The notes under the pieces are model-generated. The model worked only from the letters and a program-made list of their open reading frames with translations. It was not told the DNA's origin and ran no database searches. From NCBI GenBank assembly GCA_965224085.1, contig CBDCYI010000005.1, forward strand, positions 992,001 to 1,056,000: a DNA stretch of 64,000 nt, written 5' to 3'. The position numbers were made by a program, and so were the translations under genes. Source of the DNA: Candidatus Marinacidobacterales bacterium. GTDB taxonomy: Bacteria; Acidobacteriota; Vicinamibacteria; Marinacidobacterales; SMYC01. Shown here one piece after another: positions 27,732 to 38,646 of this stretch; position 1 is the stretch's first letter, and every line of letters begins with the position of its first letter.

Positions 27732-28126
27732 GTCGCCCCGGTTTCGTGATGGGTGCGCGCAAGGTTCTCGACGTCGAAATCGACGAGCGTGTCGGCGTTC
27801 ACGAGCAGAAACGCGGCCTCATCCTCGAAGTGATGCGAGGCGTGCTTCAGTCCACCCGCCGTTCCCAAAAGCTCGGACTCCGGGGATAACTCTATCGCGA
27901 TCTCCGCGCGGCTGCGCTCGAGCGCAGCCTCCACCATCTTCGCGCAGTGGTGAAGGTTCACGACGGCTTCCCGCACCCCGGCCCGAGCGAGCCTTCTCAG
28001 GACATACTCGATCATCGGTGTGCCGAGAAGCGGCAGCGCCGGTTTCGCTCGATGCACCGTCAACGGCCTCAGCCGTTTGCCAGAGCCCGCCGCCAAGACC
28101 ATGGCTTTTCGAACCAGAGGCGTCAT
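27732..28126 (-). pseudogene. Sugar-1-phosphate nucleotidyltransferase (mannose-1-P guanylyltransferase-like), truncated by IS6
   Basis: KAMVLAAGSGKRLRPLT..KP, LLGTAGGL, FLLVNAD; frame enters the IS6 end right after HHETGAT. Confidence 0.85.
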
Positions 28127-28698
28127 AACGGTGTCGACGGATGGTCTGGGAACACCATGAACTCGGGCGCTCCGGGCGTCGTGTCACGGTGCAGCTCGTA
28201 GAGGCGGGGATAGCTGAGATTGATCGCATCCTCCATGTCGAAGCCGAGCCGGCCTGCCATCTCCGTGATGATCGCGGGCGTCGCTTCGATCTCTAGAAAA
28301 ACACCCAGCGGAGTCTCGTCGATCGTCAGGATGGCCGACTCGGTGCGGTAGATCGCCCGGTATTTCTCGTAGCGGAAGCATTCGACCAGTCCGAGAGCTT
28401 CGAGAATCCCTGCCACCGCGTCGGCGTCGTCGAGAAACGTCTCGAACTCGCGTCGCTGCTTGATCCACCCGCGCCCGTGATGAGGCCCCTTCCACGTGAG
28501 CCAGGACTGGTCCCCGACGCGGCGGAGCCGGAGCGCTTCGTCTCGCTTGGTGAGCCGCCTGTCGGCGTAGTCGTAGAGCACGTTCAGCTCGAAGTGGCGC
28601 GGTTTCTCGACATGGGCCCCGACCGCCTTGAGCTCGGCCGAACTACTTTTAGCCGCTGGCAGGCGAAACTTGACTTCTTGTTCGAGCAGTATGGTCAA
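28123..28698 (-). CDS. CYTH-domain (class IV adenylate cyclase-like) protein
   Basis: EQEVKF, ALRLR, LTWKG, RREFE, YEKYR, IDETPLGVFLEIE; TTG start after GAGGAG. Confidence 0.88.
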   Translation of the reverse strand: MTILLEQEVKFRLPAAKSSSAELKAVGAHVEKPRHFELNVLYDYADRRLTKRDEALRLRRVGDQSWLTWKGPHHGRGWIKQRREFETFLDDADAVAGILEALGLVECFRYEKYRAIYRTESAILTIDETPLGVFLEIEATPAIITEMAGRLGFDMEDAINLSYPRLYELHRDTTPGAPEFMVFPDHPSTPL

Positions 28699-28793
28699 TA
28701 GGGCTCCTCAACTAGAGACGCCCAGTGTAAGTCGCGCCTCCAGGACGACGCAATCGTGGCACCGCCGATGCTCGAAAGATCAATATTAGGAAA

Positions 28794-28918
28794 AGCGTAA
28801 GGCAAAGGCGCGAAGAAAAAAAAGAGAGGGGAGCAGATTCGAGGGTTTGTCTGGATCGGCCTACGTAATCTCAGGGTTGCGAAACGAGTCTTTGCGCCTT
28901 GCGCCTTTGCGTTACGCT
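28794..28918. repeat. Intergenic element with 18-bp inverted arms
   Basis: AGCGTAAGGCAAAGGCGC (28794-28811) versus GCGCCTTTGCGTTACGCT (28901-28918), 17/18 complementary. Confidence 0.7.
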
Positions 28919-28951
28919 CTTTTTATTGTTGATCTTTTCAGCCTCCAGTGT

Positions 28952-31900
28952 CTAAGGGGCCGAGGCCATCGCTTCGGCCGGCGCCTCGTCTCCTTCGACG
29001 AAGTTGACCGAAACGAGCTTCGAGATTCCTGGCTCTTCCATCGTGATACCGAAGAGGTGGTCCGCCGTCTCCATCGTCTTGCGGTGATGGGTGATGATGA
29101 TAAATTGCGTCGTATCCCGAAGCTCGCCCACCATATTGATGAAGCGGCCGACATTGGCGTCGTCGAGCGGTGCATCCACCTCGTCGAGAAGACAGAAAGG
29201 AGACGGCCGATAGCGGAAGATCGCGAACAAAAGCGCAATGGCGGTCATCGCTTTCTCGCCGCCCGACAATAGCAGCACGTTTTGGAGTGTCTTGCCGGGT
29301 GGCTGAGCGATGATGTCGATGCCGCTCTCGACAGCATTCTGCTCGTCCACGAGCCGCAAGCCGGCGCTGCCACCACCGAAGAGCTGGCGAAACGTTACGG
29401 CAAATTCTCGATTGATGATCTCGAAGGCTTCTTGAAAACGCTGGCGGGACGTGCGGTCGATGCGGCTAATCGCCGTCTCGGTGCTCTCGATGGAGTCGAG
29501 GAGATCCTGTCGCTGCTTCGTGACGAAATCGTGGCGGGTCGCGAGCTCGCGATATTCTTCGTCCGCCATCGGATTGACGGGACCGATGGCATCGATCTTC
29601 GTCTTGAGCTCCTTGAGCTCCACATGAATCTCGTCATCGTCGCGCAGAAGCTCGACGGGGGTGAGCAGACCGGCCGCGTCCTGAAACGACATGGCAAAAG
29701 CACTCTCGAAGCTCTCCTTCAAATGTTTAAGCTCCGACTCTTCCTTCGCGAGGTCGACGGCTTCGCGCGAGCGCCACTCGCGCACTTCCTCGAGCTCGCT
29801 CCGCCGCGCCTTGAGAGCGGCTTCCGTCGTCTCGAGCCGCTCGCGCAAATCCAAAACAAGGGTCTCGAGCTTGCGCACGAAGCCTTCTTTGACGCCGCGC
29901 GAGGCGACCGAGGACTTCAGATGCTGTTCCGCCGTCACGACGGCTTCGCCGAGTTGCTCTTTGCGGTTCGTCAAGCTTTCTCGCTCTCGGCCGTTTCTTT
30001 CGACGCGCACCCCGAGCTCCGCGGCACCTTCCCTGAGGCGCTCCACATCGACGCGCACCGCGTCAAGGCGTTCCTTCAACGCGGCGAGCCTCGAGGCTTC
30101 TTCGGCGGCACGGACTTGGAGCTCTTCCACGCTCGAGCGCCGCTCGGCGAGCTCGCCGCGCAACGCGTCGAGATTGTCTTCCTCTTCCGCTTTCTGCTTC
30201 TCTTCGACGTCGAGAGTGGATTCCATCTCGGTGCGTTTGGCCGCAAGCGTCGCGCGTTCGGATTCCGCGCGGGCGCGCTCCCCGGCGAGAACGTCCTGCT
30301 TACGCTCGAGCTGCTCGTTCTCCTCCACGAGCTGATCTCTTTTGTGCTCGAGGCCGACCAGTTTTTTTTCAAGATCGTGCTGCTGATCGCCTACGCTCAG
30401 AAGCCGGCTCGACACACGTTCGAGCTCGATCTTTCGCCCCCCGCGGCGACCGGTGGCCACGTCGAGTCGACCCTTGGCCTCCGCGACCGCCTCGTGCAGC
30501 TCGCGAATCTCGCGTTTGGTTTGAAGCAGACCTTCGCTCGCTCCACCGGGACCGATGCCGACGACCCCGAAAGGAGTCACGACTTCGCCACCCAACGTGA
30601 CGTAAGACGCTTGCTTCTCCCGATAACAGCTGAGCGCGTGTTCGAAATCCTCAACGACGATCGCGTCGGGAAGAGGCGCCGTTTGCGACGTCCAACTCAC
30701 GAACTCGCTCAAGCGCCCAACGATCCCGGAGAGTCCTCGCGCTCGAAGTGTGGAAATCACCTTCGCTAGATCGGGCAGAGGCGAGTAGGGTAGGGATTCG
30801 ACGAGAAGCTCGGAACGTTCTGCATCCTGTTCTTCTCGAAGCAGCTCTCGGGCGCGACGGACGTCGTCTTCGCTTTCGACCCGGATTCTTTGGAGCGCCG
30901 TGTCGAAAAACGCTTCCGCGGCACGCTCGAAACGCTCTTCGACCTCGAGGGCATCGGCGACGGAGCCTTTCACCCGCACACCGTGCGCCGCCCCGCGAGA
31001 CAGAAGCAGCCTAGCGCCGCTTCCGAAACGGGCCCGCGCCGAAACGAGCTCCTGGAGCGACGTCAGCCGCGCCGAAAGCCCGGAGAGCGCTTCCTTTTCA
31101 GAAACCATGCGCGCGTCGAGCGCTTCGAGCTGCTCTCGCGCGGCAGACGCCTGTGCTTCGAGTTCGCTGCGCTCATCGGCGAGCGTCGCCCCTGCTTTTT
31201 CTTGCGCATCGAGCTCGCCTTTGGTCTCGCCGAGCATCGATTCGAGACGGGACCGCTCGGCTTCGACCTCACGCGCCTCCTCAGAGAACTTCAGGAGCTC
31301 CGCCGAGACTTTGTCTGCATTCGCGAGCACGCCTTGAAGAAAATTGTGTAAGGCGGCGATCTTGCTGATGCGATGCACGATTTCGGAGCGGCGCTCTTCG
31401 ATTTTCGACTCGATGTCCGCGAGGGACAAGCTCGCCTCTTTCAGAAGGCCTTGTTGCTTTTGAGTCCGCTCTTCCCGCCCTTCGAGCTCCCCGCTCAGCG
31501 CCGTTTCCGCTTGTTGGCGCGTTTGAAGCTGCTCGAGCACCGGTCCTCGACGGGCGTCGAGCTCTCTCCTTTCCGTCTCGAGCTGGCCGCGTCGCTCGTC
31601 GAGCTCAACGAGCTGGCCTTTGTGGCGCACGATGGATTGGTCGAGACGCTCGATGGTGAGCTCGAGTTGATGCAAAGCCTCACGCGCATCGGTCAAAGCA
31701 ACTTCACCATCCGCTTGGGCGAGACGGGTACGTTCGAGGTAGCCCTCGGCGATGGTGAGACTCGTCGAGCGGCGCAGCTCCTCGTCGGAAATTTTGGCGA
31801 GGCGCGCGCGGAAGCGTTTGAGCGTTGTCTTCTGCAGCTCCGCGCGCTTGACGGAAAAGATTTTCTCGAGACGATCCATCGCCTCTCGAAGACGATTGTA

Positions 31901-32578
31901 ACGGCGTGCTTTGCCAGCTTGGCGCTTCAAAGAGCTCATCTGGCGCGTGATCTCGTACACGATGTCGTTTACACGCAAAAGATTCTGCTGGGCCGCCGAG
32001 AGCTTGAGCTCGGCCGCACGGCGCCGCGATTTGTACTTCGTGATGCCGGCCGCTTCCTCGATGATGGTGCGGCGGTCGCTCGGCTTGCTGGAGAGAATGA
32101 GCCCTATCTTTCCTTGCTCGATGATGGCGTAGGCTTTGGAGCCGACGCCAGTCCCCATGAAGAGATCCTGCACGTCCCGGAGGCGGCTGGGTGCACCGTC
32201 GAGAAGATATTCGCTCTCGCCCGAGCGATGGAGGCGCCGGGTGACGAGCACTTCACCCCGTTGCGCGCTCTTCTTGTTAATCTCCGTCTCGCCCTTTTTC
32301 GTGCGCACGGGCACGTTCACGTTCGAGACCCGAAGATTCACCTCGGCGAGCGACAGCGGCGGCCGCGACTCGCTACCGTTGAAGATGAGCTCCTCCATCC
32401 TCTGGCCACGCAAGCTCTTGGCGCTCTGCTCGCCCAGGACCCAGCCGATAGCGTCAGCGATATTGCTCTTGCCACAGCCGTTCGGTCCAACGATGGCCGT
32501 GACGCCCTTGTGAAACGTCAGCTCGGCCCGTTCGCCAAAACTCTTGAAACCCGTGATGTCGACCCGCTCAAGCTTCAT
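28952..32578 (-). CDS. smc: Chromosome segregation protein SMC
   Basis: GFKSF, VGPNGCGKSN, IIEQG, EEAAGI, long coiled coils with hinge, LLSGGEK, LLDEVDAPLD. Confidence 0.97.
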   Translation of the reverse strand: MKLERVDITGFKSFGERAELTFHKGVTAIVGPNGCGKSNIADAIGWVLGEQSAKSLRGQRMEELIFNGSESRPPLSLAEVNLRVSNVNVPVRTKKGETEINKKSAQRGEVLVTRRLHRSGESEYLLDGAPSRLRDVQDLFMGTGVGSKAYAIIEQGKIGLILSSKPSDRRTIIEEAAGITKYKSRRRAAELKLSAAQQNLLRVNDIVYEITRQMSSLKRQAGKARRYNRLREAMDRLEKIFSVKRAELQKTTLKRFRARLAKISDEELRRSTSLTIAEGYLERTRLAQADGEVALTDAREALHQLELTIERLDQSIVRHKGQLVELDERRGQLETERRELDARRGPVLEQLQTRQQAETALSGELEGREERTQKQQGLLKEASLSLADIESKIEERRSEIVHRISKIAALHNFLQGVLANADKVSAELLKFSEEAREVEAERSRLESMLGETKGELDAQEKAGATLADERSELEAQASAAREQLEALDARMVSEKEALSGLSARLTSLQELVSARARFGSGARLLLSRGAAHGVRVKGSVADALEVEERFERAAEAFFDTALQRIRVESEDDVRRARELLREEQDAERSELLVESLPYSPLPDLAKVISTLRARGLSGIVGRLSEFVSWTSQTAPLPDAIVVEDFEHALSCYREKQASYVTLGGEVVTPFGVVGIGPGGASEGLLQTKREIRELHEAVAEAKGRLDVATGRRGGRKIELERVSSRLLSVGDQQHDLEKKLVGLEHKRDQLVEENEQLERKQDVLAGERARAESERATLAAKRTEMESTLDVEEKQKAEEEDNLDALRGELAERRSSVEELQVRAAEEASRLAALKERLDAVRVDVERLREGAAELGVRVERNGRERESLTNRKEQLGEAVVTAEQHLKSSVASRGVKEGFVRKLETLVLDLRERLETTEAALKARRSELEEVREWRSREAVDLAKEESELKHLKESFESAFAMSFQDAAGLLTPVELLRDDDEIHVELKELKTKIDAIGPVNPMADEEYRELATRHDFVTKQRQDLLDSIESTETAISRIDRTSRQRFQEAFEIINREFAVTFRQLFGGGSAGLRLVDEQNAVESGIDIIAQPPGKTLQNVLLLSGGEKAMTAIALLFAIFRYRPSPFCLLDEVDAPLDDANVGRFINMVGELRDTTQFIIITHHRKTMETADHLFGITMEEPGISKLVSVNFVEGDEAPAEAMASAP

Positions 32579-32635
32579 TTTGACCCCGGAAGGTGCAAAG
32601 TTTAGCACAGGCTCTGCACCGAGCCCAAGGCAAAA

Positions 32636-32683
32636 CAACAAGATATAGTAGACAGATCAATGATTTACCCCAAGATGCTGAAG
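32636..32683. promoter_or_regulatory. Tandem NrdR-box-like sites upstream of smc
   Basis: CAACAAGATATAGTAG (32636-32651) and weaker CCCCAAGATGCTGAAG (32668-32683), 32 bp apart; compare consensus acaCwAtATaTwGtg. Confidence 0.5.
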
Positions 32684-32759
32684 CAGTGGTAGAAGGCTAC
32701 CCGCGTATGCTACTTTGTCGAAAGATGAGTTCCCCGCCGACATCCGGCCAGTCTTGAAC

Positions 32760-35075
32760 ATGCTGCGGATCCTCGACCGCTACGTCTTGCGTGAAGTGTT
32801 CCCGAGCTTCATTTTGGGGATCGGCGTCTTTACGTTCGTCATCCTGCTGAACGAGATCATGCGCTTCGCCCAGAGGATCGTTAGCCAATCGGCGTCCTTG
32901 GCGGACACGCTCAGCATCTTATTGCATCTGCTCCCGAGCGTCCTCTGTTTGACCATCCCCATGGGCTTTTTGCTCGGGGTACTCATAGCACTCGGGCGAC
33001 TCGCCGCGGATAGCGAGATCGTCGCGATGCGGGCGAGCGGCGTAAGTCTGTACCGGCTTCTCACCCCGATATTGGTGGCGGCCACGATCGCCTGGGGAGC
33101 GTCGTCCTACCTCATTATTAAAGTGCTTCCGGACTCGAATCAGCAAGTCCGCCAGCTCTTTTTCAAGATCCTGACGTCCCAAGTGGGCACCGAAATCCGG
33201 CCGCGCGTGTTCTACGACCGGCTCTTCCCCAACCTCATGTTTCTCGTGCTCGACACGCCGACGGGCGCGGGCTACTGGGAGAACGTGATCCTCGCCGACT
33301 TGTCGGAGCCCCAATCACCACGCGTGACTTTCGCCAGCCAGGGACGGCTCCTCATCGACGCCGAGGAGCGGACGGCGACGTTTTACCTGCAAGACGCTGA
33401 GCTGCATCAGGTCTCGCATCGCAAGCCGGCGGAATATCAGCGACAGGTTTCGAAGGAGATATTTCTGCCGCTACCCACGCACACCTTCTTCCCACCGGAA
33501 GACATCAACGTGCCGCGGGGAGCTCGCGAGCTCAGCTTGAGCCAGCTGCGTCAGTCTTACGCCGAAACGGAGCTTCCGATCTATCTGACCGAGATCCACA
33601 AGAAATTCGCGATTCCCTTTGCCTGTTTCGTTTTCGGGATACTCGGCCTCGCGCTCGGCATCAGCAACCGGCGGGACGGTCGTTCATGGGGCTTCATCGT
33701 GAGCCTGGCCGTCATCTTCGCGTACTACATCATCATCGATGTTGGCGAGAACATGGCGACTACGGGGCGCCTGTCGCCTTTTCTCGGGATGTGGACGCCC
33801 AACATCTTACTCGGCGGGGCGGCGATAGCGCTTCTGATCCGCGCGGCGCGAGAATCTCGAGGCGGATTTTTTGGGATCGCCGCCACCCTTTGGCCGAGCC
33901 TCGCGGTGAAGCTCCACTCTCTGCGCAAGAAACGAGCGAGGACGCCCGACCGCAACATCGTCGTGGTCCGCATCCCGCGGATGGGCTTGCGCTTCCCGAA
34001 CACGCTCGACCGCTATGTCGCCCGCGAGTTCGCGCGCTTTTTTCTGCTGATCCTCGTAGCACTCGTGAGCGTCTACATCCTCGGTTTGCTCATCGATGTG
34101 ATCGCCGATGCATTCGAGTACAACGTGCGTGGAACAGTCGTCCTTCAATATCTCGCTTTTGCACAGCCACAGATTCTCTTTCACATGTTGCCTCTCTCCA
34201 CTCTCATGGCGACCCTCGTCTGTTTCGCCATCTTGACGAAGACGAGCGAGATCACGGCGGCGAAAGCCGGGGGGGTGAGCCTCTACCGGATCTCCGTGCC
34301 CGTTATGTTTATAGGGATTTCCGTGAGCGTGGGCTGTTTCGCGCTTCAAGAATATTGGCTCCCCTACGCCAATCGCCGCGCGGCGGAGCTCCGGGACGAG
34401 ATCAAGAACCGCCCCGTTCAGACCCACAATATCTTGAACCGACAATGGATGATGGGCGAGCACCAAGAGCTCTACAACTACGCCTATTACGACTCGAATC
34501 TACGGAAATTCAGCGGCCTCGCGGTCTACAAGTTTCAGACCGACTCATTCACCATGACCGAGCGTCTCTATACGCAAGAAGCGAAATGGGAGCCGGAGCG
34601 GGGCGCATGGATTTTCACTCGGGGATGGAGGCGCAACTTCGCCGCAGAGGGTAAACAAGAGCGCTTCGAGACACGCCGCATCCACGACATGGCGCCGCCG
34701 TCTTACTTCGTCAAGGAAGTCAAGCGCTCCGATCAGATGACCTACCTGGAACTCACCCGCTACGTCGACGATTTGCAGCAGGCAGGCTATGACGTCGTCC
34801 CGCTTCGCGTAGCCCAACAGGCAAAGTTCTCATTCCCCCTAGCCGCGATGGTCACGGTGCTGATCGCGATACCCTTCTCGTTTACCCCAGGGAAAAAAGG
34901 CGCACTCTACGGCATCGGCATCGCAATCGCGATCGGGTTGTCCTACTACGTAACAACCCGCGTCTTCGCTTTCATGGGCGAAATGGCGATGCTCCCGCCC
35001 GTCTTAGCCGCCTGGGCTCCAAACGTCCTCTTTAGCATAGCCGCGCTGTACGGACTCTTCAACATCCGCACATAG
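32760..35075 (+). CDS. Fused LptF/LptG LPS export permease
   Basis: Two YjgP/YjgQ halves: ILDRYVLRE..RLAADSEIVAMRASGVS and LDRYVARE..KTSEITAAKAGGVS..AAWAPN. Confidence 0.92.
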   Translation: MLRILDRYVLREVFPSFILGIGVFTFVILLNEIMRFAQRIVSQSASLADTLSILLHLLPSVLCLTIPMGFLLGVLIALGRLAADSEIVAMRASGVSLYRLLTPILVAATIAWGASSYLIIKVLPDSNQQVRQLFFKILTSQVGTEIRPRVFYDRLFPNLMFLVLDTPTGAGYWENVILADLSEPQSPRVTFASQGRLLIDAEERTATFYLQDAELHQVSHRKPAEYQRQVSKEIFLPLPTHTFFPPEDINVPRGARELSLSQLRQSYAETELPIYLTEIHKKFAIPFACFVFGILGLALGISNRRDGRSWGFIVSLAVIFAYYIIIDVGENMATTGRLSPFLGMWTPNILLGGAAIALLIRAARESRGGFFGIAATLWPSLAVKLHSLRKKRARTPDRNIVVVRIPRMGLRFPNTLDRYVAREFARFFLLILVALVSVYILGLLIDVIADAFEYNVRGTVVLQYLAFAQPQILFHMLPLSTLMATLVCFAILTKTSEITAAKAGGVSLYRISVPVMFIGISVSVGCFALQEYWLPYANRRAAELRDEIKNRPVQTHNILNRQWMMGEHQELYNYAYYDSNLRKFSGLAVYKFQTDSFTMTERLYTQEAKWEPERGAWIFTRGWRRNFAAEGKQERFETRRIHDMAPPSYFVKEVKRSDQMTYLELTRYVDDLQQAGYDVVPLRVAQQAKFSFPLAAMVTVLIAIPFSFTPGKKGALYGIGIAIAIGLSYYVTTRVFAFMGEMAMLPPVLAAWAPNVLFSIAALYGLFNIRT

Positions 35076-35175
35076 ATCTCGTTGGAGCGCAACGTAAATG
35101 CGCGAGGAAATCCCGTATTTCCGACTGCGCGTCAAACCCGACTAGTATTATTAAGCGCTCAAGATGATCGCTGGC

Positions 35176-36330
<1,155 letters not shown>

Positions 36331-36609
36331 CCATTTCCTCCTGTCGAGTCTTCTCAAGGGCGACAAAAGCGGCATTTTACGCACAACGCTCTGAAGACGC
36401 AATGGTTGCGAAAAAGCGACAGAAAACTTGCTTCTGCCTTCCCTTTTACGATTGAATCGCCTATGCTCCAAAAATCTCGCAAAGGTGGCCTGCCGCAGGC
36501 GTCGCTTCTGAAGGGTGCGCGCCTCCCAAAGCCGAAACCTCGGCTCTAGCCTCGAGACGGTTCAGGACCTACTGGGCGCGAGGTCGCCTGGGCCGCGCTC
36601 GTCTTCGCC

Positions 36610-38628
36610 GTGGCCACCTTGCTCCTTAGCTACCCGCTTGCGTTTCACCCGGCCACACTCTCGCGGCTCGACAACGGCGACGCCCGGCTGAACGCATGGG
36701 CCATCTCCTGGGTGGCGCACCAGCTTCTCGAGCATCCTCTCGCGCTTTTCGAAGCCAACACCTTTTACCCGCTCCCGCATGCGCTTGCCTATTCCGAACA
36801 TCTAACATTACAAGGGATACTCGCGATCCCGCTTCTCGCGCTGACGGACGATCTCGTGCTGACGAACAATTTTATCCTTCTCTTCTCGATGTTCGCTTCG
36901 GGCCTCGGGATGTATTTTTTGGCCTATGCGCTCACGCGCGACCATCTCGCCGCGATTCTCGCGGGCATCTTCTTTTCGTTCGCTCCTTTCCGCTTCAATC
37001 GCCTCCCTCACATCCAAATGCAGCTCTATGCGTTCATCCATCTATTTCTCGCCGGGCTGCACCGATTTGCCGAGACGCATCGGCCTCGCTGGCTCGTCCT
37101 CGTCGCCGCCGCGTTCGTGTTGCAAGTGCTTTCCGGCACGTATCTCGGGGCCATCGCTGCAGTCGCTCTCGGCGTGGCGTTCATAACACTCTTTCCCTAC
37201 GCTGGCTTATCTCGGCGCGAATGGGGCTACGTGTTCGTGGCGCTCATCGCCATGGCAACCGTGCTCGTGCCGTTCGCGCTACCCTATCTCTGGGTGAACC
37301 GCGAGCTCGGCGTCGAGTGGGACCTGTCAGGTCTCGGCTCTCTCTCCGCCACGCCCCAAGCCTATCTAGCCTCTTCGAGCCATCTCTACCGCACGATCAC
37401 ACAAGCCTGGACGAGCCCGGATGGACGCACCGATTTTCTCTTCCCTGGCTTCACCTTGATCGTCCTGGGCGGCACGGGCCTGTGGACACTCGTCAAGAAA
37501 GAGGGGCGGCGCGCCATCGGCGTGTGCTACGCCACCATCTTTCTCACGGGTGTCATTTTGTCGCTCGGGCCTGCCACTCCCATCCAACCGTTTCTCTATG
37601 AGCAAGTCGTCTTTTTTCGAGGGCTGCGCGCACTCACGCGCTTCAGCCTTCTGCCGTTATTGAGCTTGTCCGTACTCTCCGCCTACGGCCTCGCGTGGCT
37701 TCTCGAAGGCTTTGGCCGTCGCAAAACCGTATTCGGGGCCATCCTCATCTTCTTCGTTGTCGAATCCACGGCGCTTCCCTACCGGTTCGAGCCTCATCGC
37801 GACGCGCCGCCGGAAGTCTATAGATGGCTGCGCGATGCCGAGCCGGGCCCGATCGTCGAACTTCCGTTCAAAGTAGTGGACACGCGTTATATGTTCTGGG
37901 CACGGCATCACAACTTTCGGCCGATGCTGAACGGAGATAGCGGCTTCATCCCGATGTCCCATCAATGGCTGAAAGTAGCGCTCGGGCGATTCCCCTCCCC
38001 CGACGCCATCGCCGCACTGAGGCACCTCGAAGTGCGCTACGTCGTGCTGCATCTGGGCGCGTTTCGCAAACCGGCGCTCCTGAGACTTCTAAGCGGTATC
38101 GCGGCGCAACGGGGAACTCTGCTCCCCGTCCGCGATTTCGGAGCCGATATCGTTCTCGAAGTCCTTCCGGATCCCGCTCGATCGAAGCCAAGCGGGGAGG
38201 CGCTACCCGCCCTCGAGAGCGTTCCGGCCTCGGGGAGTATCGACGCGCTCTTCGACCACGTCACAACCGAGCCCTTCGAAGCCAACGAGATGATCCTCGA
38301 CCTCGAGGTGGAGCTCGACAAGCTCACAGAAGTCGCAGGACTCCGCTTTCACTACGGGCCGGTGCCGCGCACGCCCGTCGTCGCGTTCGAAGTATTCTTT
38401 GATGCCGATGCCGCTAATACCGCTAATGAACGACCGGGTACACGCGGCGCCGAACCACCAGATTGGCCCGCGGTGGCCGCGCTCATCGAGGGCTTGCTCG
38501 AGACGCCACTGAACGGAACCCAGACGATCTTTCTAGCACCCTTCGACACGAAGCGGCTGAGACTTCGACTTCGTGGGATGGACGGGAGACCGCCCGCGCT
38601 CTCGGAAATCGAAGTGCTCGCCCGGTGA
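36610..38628 (+). CDS. Multi-TM membrane protein, YfhO/GT-C glycosyltransferase-like
   Basis: GDARLNAWAISW, FEANTFYP..LAYSEH, many TM helices, PIVELP, MLNGDSGF, YVVLH; 5' end uncertain. Confidence 0.7.
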   Translation: MATLLLSYPLAFHPATLSRLDNGDARLNAWAISWVAHQLLEHPLALFEANTFYPLPHALAYSEHLTLQGILAIPLLALTDDLVLTNNFILLFSMFASGLGMYFLAYALTRDHLAAILAGIFFSFAPFRFNRLPHIQMQLYAFIHLFLAGLHRFAETHRPRWLVLVAAAFVLQVLSGTYLGAIAAVALGVAFITLFPYAGLSRREWGYVFVALIAMATVLVPFALPYLWVNRELGVEWDLSGLGSLSATPQAYLASSSHLYRTITQAWTSPDGRTDFLFPGFTLIVLGGTGLWTLVKKEGRRAIGVCYATIFLTGVILSLGPATPIQPFLYEQVVFFRGLRALTRFSLLPLLSLSVLSAYGLAWLLEGFGRRKTVFGAILIFFVVESTALPYRFEPHRDAPPEVYRWLRDAEPGPIVELPFKVVDTRYMFWARHHNFRPMLNGDSGFIPMSHQWLKVALGRFPSPDAIAALRHLEVRYVVLHLGAFRKPALLRLLSGIAAQRGTLLPVRDFGADIVLEVLPDPARSKPSGEALPALESVPASGSIDALFDHVTTEPFEANEMILDLEVELDKLTEVAGLRFHYGPVPRTPVVAFEVFFDADAANTANERPGTRGAEPPDWPAVAALIEGLLETPLNGTQTIFLAPFDTKRLRLRLRGMDGRPPALSEIEVLAR

Positions 38629-38646
38629 GCGGGCGCCGGGCTTCTA

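Noticed and set aside
29282-32605. Long antisense ORFs (495 aa, 410 aa) over smc, and similar ones over most genes
   Set aside because: Shadow frames expected from high-GC codon bias; no motifs, and they fully overlap well-supported genes.
32760-35075. LptF-LptG fusion as a novelty
   Set aside because: Fused LptF/G is, to my knowledge, usual in Acidobacteria; used only as a taxonomic hint.
36331-36550. SAM riboswitch upstream of metK (and upstream of the YitJ-like gene)
   Set aside because: No recognisable SAM-I or SAM-II core sequence; a -10-like TAAAAT lies close to the metK RBS, leaving little leader.
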